Below, piece by piece: positions 63,621 through 64,000 of a stretch of 64,000 nt of DNA; the first letter of the stretch is position 1, and every line of letters begins with the position of its first letter. A model generated the notes under the pieces. It did not search any database, had not been told where the DNA came from, and was given only the letters and a program-made list of their open reading frames with translations. Source of the DNA: a virus; IMG/VR virus record IMGVR_UViG_3300009509_000013, positions 1 to 64,000 of that record, one strand, 5' to 3'. A program made the position numbers and the translations under genes.

Positions 63621-64000
63621 TCAAGCGGCTTCGGGAATCACGAACGCGCCTTTCGGCCCGATTCCTTCGACGCCGGGGAAGTAAGCCTTCAAGACTGCCC
63701 AAAGATTCCCCTTGTAAGCCGCCGGGAACGTGTTCAACTTGGCTTGTTTGTCCCAACGTCGACCGGGAACCCGGCGGAGCGCGGCGACAAAGCCTTCGAA
63801 GTCTTCGTCGGTCGGCTTGGCGCGGAGCCCGATCCGGTCGCCTTCGAGTTCGACGATCTCGACCGGGCGAACGCGCTTCACGATCCGGTCGGCGAGCTTG
63901 TCGCAACCAAGCGCGCGGAGCGCGGCGACGCCTTCGACGACCGCGATCCCGGTCTGTTCAAGCGCGATTGCGTAAACGATCCGATTCGCTTCGGCGCGCT
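63621..64000 (-). CDS. partial hypothetical protein (HARP-like C-terminal motif)
   Basis: Frame is open to the window edge; FVAALRRVPGRRWDKQAKLNTFP. Confidence 0.5.
   Translation of the reverse strand, partial: RAEANRIVYAIALEQTGIAVVEGVAALRALGCDKLADRIVKRVRPVEIVELEGDRIGLRAKPTDEDFEGFVAALRRVPGRRWDKQAKLNTFPAAYKGNLWAVLKAYFPGVEGIGPKGAFVIPEAA

Noticed and set aside
1-64000. Stop-codon reassignment as the cause of the odd codon usage
   Set aside because: Genes are full length and tightly packed under the standard code; TAA, TAG and TGA all end genes at sensible boundaries.

Overview
This window is a 64-kb segment of a tailed dsDNA bacteriophage with a contractile tail (myovirus-like). Essentially every credible gene lies on the minus strand. 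Read right to left (the direction of transcription), the layout is: (1) an early or host-takeover region of small genes, each cassette headed by a copy of a repeated promoter-like element (about 57.9-64 kb), including a stand-alone CheY-like receiver; (2) a probable small terminase, five inserted genes including an S-adenosylmethionine decarboxylase homologue, the large terminase and the portal; (3) a MuF head protein with a C-terminal HExxH domain followed by a small gene, an XkdF-type protease fusion, the scaffold and the major capsid protein; (4) a block of accessory virion proteins; (5) neck, sheath, tube, a frameshifted tail chaperone, tape measure and baseplate genes; (6) two paralogous tail-fibre cassettes; (7) lysis genes; (8) replication genes (SF2 helicase, HTH and putative initiator, DnaC-like loader, DnaB-like helicase, MazG-like protein). 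The most unusual signals are near-total avoidance of CAG/CTG, at least 60 copies of the 9-mer CTTCAACCG (also found in promoter spacers and a phased array), shared peptide motifs suggesting capsid-targeting and protease-cleavage signals, a protease whose motifs are split over two frames, and a leader that can sequester the ribosome-binding site (RBS) of the replication operon. I saw no integrase, tRNA, rRNA or CRISPR array. All calls come from motif recognition by eye; no database search was run.
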